NCBI GenBank assembly: GCA_024704765.1
Contig: JAKMXF010000122.1
Span: 581,068-645,067, forward strand
Origin: Oopsacas minuta
Lineage: Eukaryota; Animalia; Porifera
Direction of reading: 5' to 3'
Length of the DNA: 64,000 bases
Shown here: in pieces, positions 49,146-61,370 of the stretch
Numbering within the stretch: position 1 is the stretch's first letter
How the letters are laid out: each line of letters starts with the position of its first letter
The notes under the pieces: model-generated
What the model was told of the DNA's origin: nothing
Seen by the model: only the letters and a program-made list of their open reading frames with translations
The model's database searches: none
Made by a program: the position numbers and the translations under genes

Positions 49146-50198
49146 AATGCAACAACTAGCTCCAAATTCAAGTGCGATACTTGATACATCTCACAAGTAA
49201 ATATCCCAACTTCAAAGACCAACATTCTACTTAGATGTTTCAAAACTACAAATTCCATGTAACCATATAATCACTAACTGTACAAAAATGTTTACATATC
49301 TACATCACAACATATATACTATGTGAATTAAGTTGCTGAAATTATGAATAGAAAATTGATCCCTGTAATGCTTTGATGCCAAATGCCCAACAGTTTCTTC
49401 AAAGTCAAGAACATCATCCGGATAGGAATCATCGGAGACTTCATCCTCTAAGAGAGGTTGCTTCCACTGTATTTCTATGTTATGCATACTGCACAAGCAA
49501 CTATGATGGAACAAACTTTATCTGGGCTCATCCTGAGTTCTCCATGAAGACAGTGGAATCTTCGTTTCCATCGCCCAAATGTCTGTTCAACAATAACCCT
49601 TGTCCTCTTATGTGCATAGTTGTAGTTAAATTGGGGAGTGGATATTGGTTGGCGATAAGGAGTGAGTAAATATGGCCTCATCATGTAACCGCTATCTCCT
49701 AATATATGCTCCCCTATTGAAAAGGTATTTTCAACATGCACCCCAACACCTGAAATCTTCCAAATCCGTGAATCGTGAACAGACCCAGGAAAACGTGCCA
49801 ATACATCACCAAACATTCCATCTGGTTGGCAAATAGCTTGGACGTTAATTGAGTGGTAAAAATGCCGATTTATATAATCTGCTTCATCTTCAGAGGGTTT
49901 TTGGATTCGTATGTGTGTTCCGTCAACTAATCCTACTACGCCTGGAAAGTGAGCAATCTCATAAAACCTGTTTTAGACCTCTACCCTCTTGAGACCAGCA
50001 GGCAAACTAACAAACTGATGGTACACAGCTTGCAAACCCAGAGAAACACCTCGGATATAACGAGAGGCAGAAGCTTGGATTACGTTTATCCCATCTCCAC
50101 AAATTATCTGGAACTTTCCAGAAGCGAAAAATTGAAGTGCCCACACAAACTTGCAAGTGAGGGGAAGCAGCTTAAGAACGCTCGGTGAAATTCAAATA

Positions 50199-51508
50199 CG
50201 AAGGGCACTCGAAAAGTTTTGTCGTTTGTTATCAAACCACAAGTATTTTCTAATAAAATTATTTTATATATATTTAGATGCATATTATTTATCTACATAA
50301 CAAATTTCATCAGTTTATCTTTTGTACTTTTCGAATTGCATGATTTCTAAAAGCTATGGCTTGTATGATTCCTCAACCAGAATCTGACCTCACAAGACGC
50401 GATTTTAGAGCGATTATTTTAATTTTGTTCAAACTTGAGAAGAGCCGTTTGGAAATACACGAAACTTTGCAGAAGCACTTCCCAAATATAGCTCCTTGTT
50501 TGAGAACAGTAGAGCGATGGTACTCAGAGTTTATTCATGGAAATTTTATTCTTGAAGATGGTTCCCTTCCTGGTAGGCCCAGTATTACACATACGGTCGA
50601 AAATGTAGAGCTAGTGTTGGACGAAGTAACAAAAGACCCTCATGTTACTTACGCTCAGTTAGAACATGAAACCAAATTGTCCTCGGGGAGTATAAACGTC
50701 ATCTTACATAAAGAGCTTGGTCTTAGAAAGTTATGTGCACGTTGGATCCCGCATTCTTTGTTGTCCGATCAGAAAACGTGCCGAGGGGACTTTTGCAAAA
50801 TTATGCCTAAAAGATTTGTTAATGGAACTTCTAGAGCTGTTTCTGAAATACTCACAGGCGATGAGACATGGATATACCACTATGACCCAGAAACGAAGAG
50901 ACAATCTAAGGAGTGGGTCGAAGAAGGTGGTTTACCTCCAACAAAGGTCCGGAGAATTAGATCAGTCGGAAAGCAGATGTGGGCGATTTTCTTTAGACGT
51001 AGTGGATTTGTTGAAGGAATTGCACTTGAGGATAGGAAGACAGTCACCGCTGATTGGTATACCACAATATGTCTTCCGAAAGTATTCAGTGCTATCGAAA
51101 AACAACGTGAGAAGTCAGGTGTCCGAGGAATCCTGCTTCACCACGATAATGCTTCATCACATGCAGCACTAAGAACTCTTGAGTTTTTAGAGAATTCTAG
51201 GATCGGAACGCTATTCCACCCATCCTACAGTCCAGATCTAGCCCCTTGCGATTTTTGGTTGTTCCCAAAGCTGAAAGATCAACTTCGTGGGAGGAGATTT
51301 TTCAGCAATGAAGAGTTGACCGGGGCACTTTTCTTAGCAATTGAGGAGATACCCAAAGAAGAATGGAAAATGTGCTTTGATACCTGGTTTACACGCATGA
51401 AAAGGTGTATAGAGTGTCAGGGCGAGTATTTTGAAAGAATGTGACCATATAATATGTAATACCCATTATATAAGTATATAAACGACAAAACTTTTCGAGT
51501 ACCCCTCG
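50199..51508 (+). mobile_element. mariner element, full length (1310 bp)
   Basis: 29-bp TIR CGA(A/G)GGG(C/T)ACTCGAAAAGTTTTGTCGTTT (2 mismatches) and TA TSD. Confidence 0.95.
50356..51444 (+). CDS. mariner transposase DD34D, 362 aa, intact
   Basis: WIPH, TGDETW and HHDNA-34 residues-YSPDLAPCDF motifs. Confidence 0.95.
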   Translation: MACMIPQPESDLTRRDFRAIILILFKLEKSRLEIHETLQKHFPNIAPCLRTVERWYSEFIHGNFILEDGSLPGRPSITHTVENVELVLDEVTKDPHVTYAQLEHETKLSSGSINVILHKELGLRKLCARWIPHSLLSDQKTCRGDFCKIMPKRFVNGTSRAVSEILTGDETWIYHYDPETKRQSKEWVEEGGLPPTKVRRIRSVGKQMWAIFFRRSGFVEGIALEDRKTVTADWYTTICLPKVFSAIEKQREKSGVRGILLHHDNASSHAALRTLEFLENSRIGTLFHPSYSPDLAPCDFWLFPKLKDQLRGRRFFSNEELTGALFLAIEEIPKEEWKMCFDTWFTRMKRCIECQGEYFERM

Positions 51509-53009
51509 TAGTTAGCTATCAACTCTGTAATTTTAGATATTGAAACTCTAGAGAAACAAAACGTCGAACAAGTTCCATATCATCATAACAATCTAGGGGA
51601 TCATTGAGATACCTGAAAACTCGTTGACGTGCCATTGAGGAAGAGGTTTCTTCTTCTGCGAGAAATAGTGGAATCATCTGTGCCATTTGTTTATATTAAA
51701 ATACTTGAATATTCATATATTATATTTGATCATAAATTGTATTTAGCAAAACATTCATTAGTGTAACTTGGAATGTATAATTCAGAATATTATTTAACAT
51801 TACGTTCAAAGTAATGCATTCCTTGTACAACATTTGTGAAGTATTTCATGAAAGTAAACCACAGTATTATCGTGAGATGATGCATAAAACACGAAAAGTT
51901 TTTAAAATATATTCCTGAATGATTGAAAGTAATTCTGCAAAGCAATCCATTAGAAACTCACAAATTCATGAATATAAGTGATACTTAAGTATGTACTTAG
52001 TACTTAAGTACGTACTTAGTACTAAGTATGCTTTGTGAATACGGCGGCAGATCTATTTCCAAATTTAAGGAACAACACAAAGTTCCCTTCCTTGTTTAGC
52101 ACTAAGTATTGCTGTGAACAGCTTTTCTCAAAGGTGAAAATGTCAAAGCAAGTAGAACACTTCTAACAGACACTCATCTATCAGGAATATTATGGATTGC
52201 GACCTCAAGCATAGGAACAGATATTAACTCTTTGTGCAAACAAAAACAAAGTCAGAAATCACATTAGAGTCGTTCCTATTTTTCAAGTTTTCTATAATTA
52301 AATATAATATGTAATGATTTTTGTGAAGAGTATAATCTAAATTCGAAATTAACATTCCACGTTAATCACCGCTATCACTAAATAAATATCAGGCCCTTAA
52401 ACAGGTACATGACTCTTTATTTGGCCCAGCGAACCACAAAGATTGTACAAGCCTGAAATAGGCGATAACAACTATTTAGACCATAGAGAGATATATTATC
52501 AAACTTCACATAGGGTTTTTAATTATATTCATGAAAGATTTGATCAACCATGATTAGCGGCTATACTCTAAGTAAAAAAATGTAGAGAGTTTCCATGCTG
52601 CTGATATTTGAGCTAAACAACTAAAATTGCAATTAGATATATCGAGGGTTAATGCTGAAATAGAGTTGGAAATTCTCTTAGTTATCTCGTTTAAGTCTCT
52701 TCAAACATTTCACCATCCCAAAGTAAGTTTTGACAGGAGTTGTAAAAAACAAAATTTTTCTAGTAATTACAGCCTCAGTTTCAGGGAGTGAACGTTCCTT
52801 AAGCACATTTCCTTGTAACAAATTTTACGTACGTTCATGGGCGTTCGAGTGTACGTGTGTGGGGCCAAGAGGCCATGGCCCAAACACTTTACTGCAGATC
52901 AGTAATATGAGACTACCGAAAGTGTGGCGTCCTTTCGCTAGTGATCTAATATCTGTGATTGTAGCTCCTAACTTACCAATTTATTAGAAATGTTTAAGTG
53001 TATTGGGTT

Positions 53010-53111
53010 ATGTTTTCGATTATTTCTTGGGCTACAGCGACAGTTTAATGCCTCAGGTTAGATTAAATATTAAACAGATACATTTCATAGTGATTTTGGT
53101 CACCACGCGAC
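53010..53111 (-). repeat. Double-hairpin mini element copy, degenerate
   Basis: GCTACAGCGACAGTTTAATGCCTCAGGTTAGATTAA..GGTCACCACGCGAC aligns with 26390-26468. Confidence 0.5.
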
Positions 53112-53650
53112 GGGATCAACTCGCCCTTCGTACTTCGGGTTTTAATATAGCAAAATTTCAAGATTTTTCCTATCCATGGTCCATTCAAATTACATTTAAT
53201 TACATTCAATTGCATATTGTGGTGACACTGGAGATGCTACGTCGATTTTGGTTAGTAATCTCGGCACTTCGTTACTCAGGTATTAAGAAATTCTGAAATG
53301 TTTCGAAATTTGGAAAATTTCGACTTTTGGTAGTCACGATGACGTAATAATCTCATAATGAGTTATCTTTGGGTCAGAATCATGACGTCAGGAAATTGGT
53401 CACATTGAGGGGTACTTGAGATTCAAATTTTAAACTTCTATAATGTATATTGGCTGAGCAGTGGTTACTAATGTGACTTTCCAGAAATCCAAAACAGTGA
53501 CAATGACGTCATAATTTCGCCATAGGTGTGGATTTTGTTCCAAGACTTGAAATTTCCCGAGCCAGGCCAAAATACCCCTGTATGCCAAAAAATTAGTCAT
53601 GGGCGTCCTCCAGTTTCTTCAATCAATTCAGGAAGTACACCATATATATA

Positions 53651-53834
53651 CAGTAGAGTCTCCGAATAACAGACACTTTTGGGGACATTGCTCGTCCGTT
53701 TTAGGGAATTGTCCGCTTCTCGGAGACTGCTAAAGTATCACATATATGATTACTATTTCAATCCGTTTCAGGGGGTTTGTCCGTGTATAGAGATTGTCCG
53801 CTTCTCGGAGTGTCCATTTTTGGGAGACTCCACT
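53651..53834. mobile_element. pogo-like MITE whose right TIR is split by family A copy 53835
   Basis: TA CAGTAGAGTCTCC at the left end. GGAGACTCCACT|insertion|CTCACTG at the right end. Confidence 0.7.
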
Positions 53835-54613
53835 CATGGCCTACTATGTACACGGTTAGCTAAGCAAGGAATTGCCAAAATAATATCCAGGCCATTGATT
53901 ATATTCTGTTTGATGATGAAGGATTGCAGTTATCATTACGAATTTAACTGGAAATAGGATTCCACATACGGCGGAACATCTTGAATACTTTGGAACCTGC
54001 TTTCCAAGTTATTTTAACCTCAATGATGGCATCAAAGTTCATGCACATATATGGTAATTTTTTTCAGAAACACTCAAAACTTAAACTAATCCTTTTTATC
54101 AAAAACCATCTACTTGTTAAATGTTAGTTTAAGTAACCAAAAGAAGATCTTCATTTTCATAAACACTCGTTAAATAATCATTTTAGTCATATTCGCCGTG
54201 ATACAGCATTAATAAGTCAATCCTAGAAAATCTAAGAACTTCCATCAAAAAATGTATGCGAACACAAAATAAGTCATAATTGTTAACCATTTTTTTATGT
54301 TTATTTAATACAGTATTTCTATTGTGTTTTGTTGCTAAGTTAATACGAATCATGATTCATTTCATGGGATTTGTGGGTTTCGATAATATTGGTATTTATT
54401 AATAAAGTAATATTGAAGGTGAACTTTGATTGCGTCATTGTGGTGAAAATAACTTGGAAAGCAGGTTCAAAAGTATTCTAGATGTCTCCACCGTATGTGG
54501 AAACCTATATAATGATAACTGCAATTCTTCATGATCAAAGTGAATATATTCAATGGCCTTGAAAGTATTTTGGTAATTCTTTGCTTAACTAGCAGTGTAT
54601 ATAGTAGGCCATG
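53835..54613 (-). mobile_element. Foldback family A, complete copy (779 bp)
   Basis: CATGG..CCATG ends. Flanks CTCCACT / CTC-ACT suggest a 7-bp TSD. Confidence 0.9.
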
Positions 54614-55091
54614 CTCACTGTGTATATATACACATAAATCAATTGCGTTTAATAGGATAGATTATTTACATAGCGAGCTATTGTTTGGCCCCACCTCTTA
54701 ACATTTGCATCCTGCGCCCATGTCTACGTTCAACTATGACAGAAGTTCGAAAACAAGACGAACTACTCTTGATTGATGCTGCCAAATGAATTTGTTTGAG
54801 GTTCAGAATTCTGTCAAACCATATCTGTTCATGAGTTAAAAAAACACTAGTCACTATGTGTAGCTTTGAAGGATTTTCTAACCAGCAACATAGCAACCTA
54901 GGTTGCTATATACAAATCCTAGTAACCACATTATCCGAGACGCCAAATAGGTTGCTGGTTAGAATGATCCTTTTTGAAACACAAAAATAATTCATGACAA
55001 AATGGCAGGTCTGTTCCCCTACTTTATATAGGGTTACGACGTCACTGATATGTATTATTACAGTCATCAAACTATAAGCAATATAACTAAC

Positions 55092-55360
55092 AGTTATAAC
55101 CAAAGGATAAGATTTTTCACTTTCAAAATCAAGGAGTGATTGTAATTGTACTGAAGCTGTTGAAGATCCATCTGAATATACAATTGCAAATTTAGTGAGA
55201 GGCGGTGATATTGAAAAACCACTTGATTCCAAGGTGAATTCAGGAGTGGATGAATTTTGATCTAAGTCCAGTACATCTAAAGTGCAAAAGACACCAAGTG
55301 GACGATTTTCCGGAAGAGTCTGTGAGCAAGATGAAGAAACTACAAAAGAAAGTATATTCA
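55092..55360 (-). CDS. Cadherin-repeat gene, third exon (269 bp, phase 1/0)
   Basis: Acceptor CCTGCAG and donor GTTAGT. Encodes LPENRPLG..DVLDLD..LDFESEKSYPLVIT. Joins in frame to IVDRGRP of the next exon. Confidence 0.85.
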
Positions 55361-57257
55361 CTGCAGGACATAACCAATTCTATTACTTACTATTAAATAG
55401 ATCCAAGAAATAAATCAGAATAGATATCCTTTTCGAGGATCGGAAGAGGATTGTGATCGGGATCGGATCTATACTTTCTCAAAGATCCCGATCTTCAATG
55501 CAATGAATGTATCCATAAATTGTAGAGGTAATAAAAGCAGCCTCATGCATAAATATAACCTAATTTTCCAGAAATTGTTGTAGCCAACATATTCGAGTGG
55601 CAACTCAAACGAAGCGAAATTTGATTTAATGTCTTCAAATGTGTCTAAAAGTGGCACTTCAAAGTGGCAAATACCAAGCTATTTATGATGGATTTTAATG
55701 AACATTTTTTTAGTATTAGTACACATAGCAAGGAGTTTTCTGTGAGGAAATAGTACTGTATTATAAACTTCAGAGATGAGCACAAATTATTGGTAGATTG
55801 ACTGGACCATAAATGCATATTGTCATTTGTTTATTACCCAATTGTTTTCTTAGAGCACTGTAAACTTTTGCAAGATTTCAAACTGTTGCCCGTGTGATTT
55901 CCCAGTAAATTGAGATTAAATAATCCCCATCCGAGAGAAGTATACCGTATTTCTATGAATATCCGCCGGGGAATTAACATACATGAAATACACAAGCGTT
56001 GGCCCATTATTCAGGGAAATAGGGTAATTATATTTCTGCAATCAGTAATAACGTGTAGTATATGAATAACTAGGCCAAATAAATTAAAGAAATTTTCTAA
56101 CCAAATTGGAACGTTTTGTAAAGATATAAAGATTATTGAAATTCTGGATTTAACACATATACCTCTATAATATTGCAGTAAAACCTCCAAAAATTGAAGA
56201 CTTCCGTAATATGAACAATTTTCTCGTCCCAAATAATTTCTATTCCTTTATACAGTGTGATGAAACTTATGAAAGTGAGCACCTCTCACCAATCAAAATT
56301 TTGGCAGTTCACTTTCCATGTTTTTCTGAATATTCATTTGGGAAAAATTCCACAGATTCTGAAATAGAAAGTCACACTATTTACTATTCGGTCTGGCCAC
56401 ATATCTGAGGTTCATTTTCTAAACCTGTGCTATGGCCTATAAGTATTATGTAGGCCAGGGTAATTCGCAAAGAAATATAGCCATTGAAAGCAGGTTCACG
56501 TATATGCATGTTTTAGAATTTAGATAATAATACAATATTACTGACCTGGGCCATGAACTTCGATATGTATATACAGCCATATCACTGACCATAATTTCAT
56601 GCACCATGGATTACTTAAAGTCCATAAATTTGAAAGACAATAATATTTTTCACAACACTAGAACATTAGTGCATTTTGGTCGAATAAATATATTATTCAA
56701 AGTTAATAATTAACACAAGCTGTCATTTAACTAATCCCAGGAAAAAATGACGTGACATACTTGGCTAAAACAGGAGTATGTTGTCAATGAAGTGCCTTTT
56801 TCCAGCTCTGTCAGTTGATCAATACTCTGCCGTCGAATGTATAATTATCACCAATTGATCCAACTATGTTTGTTTACAAAATATCAAATTATTGCCAAAT
56901 AAAGTTTTCATGTTACAGTTTTACAGTGGATGGCACATTTTTCCAATATCACCAATAACTGGGGTCTCTATAATTCGGGAACCTCTGTCAGAGGGGTAAT
57001 TTTAGTCCAGCTTCAGTCATTTCCATAGAAACTGACCAATATAAACGATAGCGGGAAATGGAGAATGGGCGCCATATAAGATATTATTATGTCTCACACC
57101 ATTAAATTTACCTCGATAGGTGGGAGATTTCTTGTATAATGAATTATTGTGCGAATTATGGAAAAATATGTATTTATCGCTATGATGAATTTAAATCTTT
57201 GGGTTTCTTAGAAGAAAATTAGTACAATTTTTCATATTTTAACTAATAACCCTAGGG

Positions 57258-57857
57258 CACTGTTGTATGACAGATTTACTACTATGAAAGCTTTACTACC
57301 TCTATTACTTGTACCATGGATACTCTTTATCCATGACAGAGTTACTACCTTACATGACATTAAATCGTATACCTCAACTCTAAGTTAGTATTACACTGAT
57401 AATAATTCATTTTCAATGGTTTCTTTATTTCTGGTGTAAAGTTATATTAATAGGGATGTGTCTACTCACTTCATTATTTCGAAATTATTACTTTTTACTG
57501 AATATGATAGCAATATATATATTCTAAAATAAAATATACATTCGATGAATTACAACAGATACGTTAGACAATTAATTGACCATCCGGACACATACTAGGT
57601 AATCCACTACTCAATGATCATCGTATCGCTAAAACTGTAGTTATGTAATATAACTCGAGAACAGAAACAAAGAAACCATTGAAAATGCATTATCAGCGTG
57701 AAAAGAACTTAGAGTTGAGTTATACGATTTCATGTCATGATCAAAGGGTAATAATTCTGTCATGGGGTAGTACCTCTGTCATGGATAAAGAGTATCCATG
57801 GTACCAGTAATAGAGGTATTAAAACTGTCATGGTGGTAAAGCTGTCATACAACAGCA
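57258..57857. mobile_element. Foldback MITE with ~200-bp arms and CATGACAG subterminal repeats
   Basis: CTGTTGTATGACAG..GTACCATGGATACTCTTTATCCATGACAGAG is inverted at 57740-57857. TSD unresolved. Confidence 0.75.
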
Positions 57858-57910
57858 CAATATAATATTCAAATATCATTGAAATAAAAGTCGTTGGGGA
57901 AGTACATATA

Positions 57911-58253
57911 GAGTCAAACTTATCTATAACCTCCATGGAAGGGACTAGCCAAAAGTGGCTGTTACAAGTGGCCGCTACATAGAGGTTGACACTAGTTTGG
58001 TAGTAACTTTATGTTAAAGGTGATATAGAGAATTCTGCCTTTAAGACAAGAGACCGATATAAAAGATTATACAGTGGAAGTAGTTAATGATAGCCACCCA
58101 AGTGATTTGTCAAGGTAAACTTATGGCAGGCGACCAATACATAAATGGCCGTTAGATAAAGGAATTGGCCGTTATATTAGAGGTAATTATAATGAGAAAT
58201 CGGTGGGACTGCTTTCAGGTGACCGTCATACAGAGGTTAGGCAGGTTAGAATG
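57911..58253. mobile_element. pogo-like MITE (related copy 60977-61370)
   Basis: TA-(G)AGTCAAAC..AGGTTAGAATG-TA with repeated GGCCG(T/C)TA..AGAGG motifs. Confidence 0.6.
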
Positions 58254-58521
58254 TACATATTGACCCAAATATCTCTTTGTTGAGACATTTGCATTTAAAA
58301 GTATAAACGGGGAGTAGGGGTTTGTATCAAAAGAACATTATTATCGAAAAATAGTATATTTTATAAAAAACATTATATTGTAGATTTGAAGAAAGAAATT
58401 TGATTAACTGACAGAGGTTGAAAAAGGCGGATTATTAACAACATATATCTGTTTTAACCAAGCAATTGACGTCATTCATACCTGGGCTAGGACCCGTCAA
58501 ATAGCATAGCTTATGTTGTAT

Positions 58522-59315
58522 CATGGCCTACTATATACATGGATAGCTAAACAAAGAATTGCCAAAAAATACCCAGGCCATTGAATATATTCTGTTTGAT
58601 CATGAAGAATTGCAGTTATCATTACAAATTTAACTATATATAGGTTTCCAAATACGGTGGAGACATCTAGAATACTTTTGAACCTGCTTTCCAAGTTATT
58701 TTCACCACAATGACGCAATCAAAGTTCACCTTCAATATTACTTTATTAATAAATACCAATATTATCGAAACCCACAAATCCCATGAAATGAATCATGATT
58801 CGTATTAACTTAGCAACAAAACACAATAGAAATACTGTATTAAATAAACATAAAAAAATGGTTAACAATTATGACTTATTTTGTGTTCGCATACATTTTT
58901 TGATGGAAGTTCTTAGATTTTCTAGGATTGACTTATTAATGCTGTATCACGGCGAATATGACTAAAATGATTATTTAACGAGTGTTTATGAAAATGAAGA
59001 TCTTCTTTTGGTTACTTAAACTAACATTTAACAAGTAGATGGTTTTTGATAAAAATTAGTTTAAATTTTAAGAATTTCTGAAAAAAATGATAATAGTGAA
59101 AAAAATTACCATATATGGGCATGAACATTGATTGCGTCATTGTGGTGAAAATAGCTTGGAAAGCAGGTTCCAAAGTATCCTAGATGTCCCGCCGTATGTG
59201 GAATCCTATTTACAGTTGAATTTGTAATGATAACTGCAATCCTTCATGATCAAACAGAATATAATCAATGGCCTGGGTATTGTTTTGGCAATTCTTTGTT
59301 TAGCTATCCGTGTAC
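58522..59315 (+). mobile_element. Foldback family A copy, right tip replaced by a Charlie-like end
   Basis: Nearly complete. CAGGGGTGGGCAAACTTTTT abuts it at ~59318. Confidence 0.88.
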
Positions 59316-59543
59316 ATCAGGGGTGGGCAAACTTTTTCTGCGGGCCGTATTGACCTACGACTATGTTCCATGTTCAGATATATTAGGAAAACTTACTAGC
59401 TAATTGTAAAATAAACAATAATTATTCATACTAATTAACCAATATTGTTAATGAGAGCAATGCAGCTGATTCTGCATATATTAGTTTGTCAAAATTGGTA
59501 GTTTCTACGCTCAAGATAAGAGTTGATAGATTACTCAACTTAC

Positions 59544-59822
59544 TTGTCAGAGATGGAGCATTGTCATTGATGTTTTCCACATAGATTGTGAGACCTACAG
59601 TAGCTGGGTTTATGCCATCTGAAGCAGTTATAGTAAGTTCCAAAACTGCAAGATCTTCGAAATCTAAACTTTTAGATGCGGTGATAATACCAGTCCCAGA
59701 ATCAATAGTAATATATTCCAAAGAATCATCACTTGTGGGAGGCTTATTTTGAAGAGAATAAGTAATTCGTGTATTCGCATCTTCAGGACTCTCAAAAGCG
59801 TGTACTTGTATTAGGGTTTCGC
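59544..59822 (-). CDS. Cadherin-repeat gene, second exon (279 bp, phase 1/1)
   Basis: Acceptor TTCGCAG and donor GTAAGT. Encodes ITYSL..IDSGTGII..LDFE..TASDG..VENINDNAP. In frame with the previous exon. Confidence 0.92.
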
Positions 59823-60000
59823 CTGCGAATGTAAATGTAAAATAATATGTAAATATTAAGATGTGGCACAAATTATTCTCATTTCAATTTATGAGTGTGA
59901 AGTTAACTTAATGTCAACTGACAGACAGAGAGGTTTCAATACATGTGGAAATACATTTGGAAAAAAATCCACAATTTTACTCTCGACCTTTAGTAGCAAC

Positions 60001-60795
60001 CATAGACTTCTATATCATACAGATAGGAAAGTAGCCGAGCAAACGAATTAAAAGAGAGAACATTTATATAAATCTCAAAAAGTTAAATTCACCCTTCAAA
60101 ATTCGCGAATTGAACATTTTTAGGGTTGAAAAAATATGAAGAATCAGTTAAGGCTACCTAAAAGTTCAAACGGTCATTCTTCATCTCGTTTAGGCTCATT
60201 CAAATCACGACATCAAAATTCACACAAATGCTCATCAAACATAGAATTTTTACTTTTGGAAATTCTTGGATTTCGATGAATTAATGTCCTCTATTTATTC
60301 ATAGAGTATATATATTTAGAACGTTTTCTTTAGTATAGGATTCGGATCACATCTTCATATAATATTTTTGAAAATTCACAAATCTATTTTTGATAATTAT
60401 ATTATTTTCATACTCATGATATAATTCAGAAATTTTTCTTCCAAAAAGCTATCTTTAAAACATGGATTTAACTCGAGTGTGAAGTACATATCCGAATTCA
60501 AACAATATTAGCATAAAGTTACATAAAATACATTTGTTTTACAAATATTGGAGAAAATAGTCAAATTATATAAATGCTAATATTATTGCATGAATGGCGC
60601 CTAAATGAGATGAAGGATGGCCGTTTGAAATTTTTAGGTAGTCTTAACTGAATCTTCATATTTTTTAACCCTAAAAAATGTTCAATTCGCAAATTTTGAA
60701 GAGTTACTTTAACTTTTATGAGATGTATATAAATGGCCTCTCTTTGTTATTCGTCACTCGGCAACTTTCCTATCTGTAAGATATAGTAGTCTATG
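60001..60795. mobile_element. Foldback element with CATAG..CTATG ends, ~200-bp arms
   Basis: CATAGACT(T/A)CTATATC..ACAGATAGGAAAGT.GCCGAG is inverted at both ends. Flanks TAGCAAC / GGGCAAC (5 of 7 match). Confidence 0.75.
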
Positions 60796-60976
60796 GGGCA
60801 ACAAATACCCTAAAATGTTTCCATTAATGAAAAGTATAAATACTTCCTCTTGTCTGCTCATTCGAATGGTACCAAGTCTGAGTAGAAGTGTATTATAAAT
60901 TAATCCAAGTGTGCGCGAATTTGAAATTTTGCAGCAAATATTATGAAATAATTTAGTCTAAATAAATTTTCATATA

Positions 60977-61370
60977 TGGTCAAACTTCTACATAACGGTG
61001 GTCACGAAGAGACTGGCCAATTGTGCCAACTATAGAGAAGATGACCGTTATACACTAGTGTGTTAGTAACTTTAGTTATGGTGGTGATATAGACAAGTTG
61101 TTTAAGATAATAAAATATTTAAGATAATAAAGTGGAATTAGTTAATGAAAAGGAATTTACAAAGGTAGACCGAATGGGAGGCAGCCATTATATAAATTTG
61201 CCGTTAGATAAAGACACAAGCCGTTATAGACAGGTTTAGCGCCAGTAAGGGACAAAAAATGGTGGTCGCTATGAGAGGTCATTATAATGGAAAATCAGAG
61301 GACACTCTTTATAGGGCCACAATGTGCAGATGACCGTTATTCAGAGGTGGCAGTTAAGCAGGTTTGAATG
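60977..61370. mobile_element. pogo-like MITE
   Basis: TA-TGGTCAAACTTC..AGGTTTGAATG-TA. Similar to 57911-58253. Confidence 0.6.

Larger units (their letters stand above)
49305..51686 (-). pseudogene. Harbinger DDE nuclease (HARBI1-like), interrupted by mariner 50199-51508
   Basis: FFASG.FQ, GLVDGTHIRI, SINVQAIC, ARFPGSVHDSRIW, LGDSGY, RVIVEQTFGRWKRRF. The reading frame IAN|Y|LNFTER is restored at the TA site. Confidence 0.9.
48161..52048 (-). mobile_element. PIF/Harbinger element with nested mariner
   Basis: Ends GGGGCCGTATTCAC / GTGAATACGGC with TACTTAAGTA subterminal repeats. Carries a HARBI1-like and a Myb/SANT gene. The right end and TSD are degenerate. Confidence 0.85.

Noticed and set aside
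38423-58718. Recurrent short ORFs with LCLASRVYSRP / HGLLYTRLAKQR peptides (38423, 39674, 39759, 45603, 46297, 53679, 58521)
   Set aside because: They are chance translations of family A TIRs. Frames and stops are not conserved between copies.
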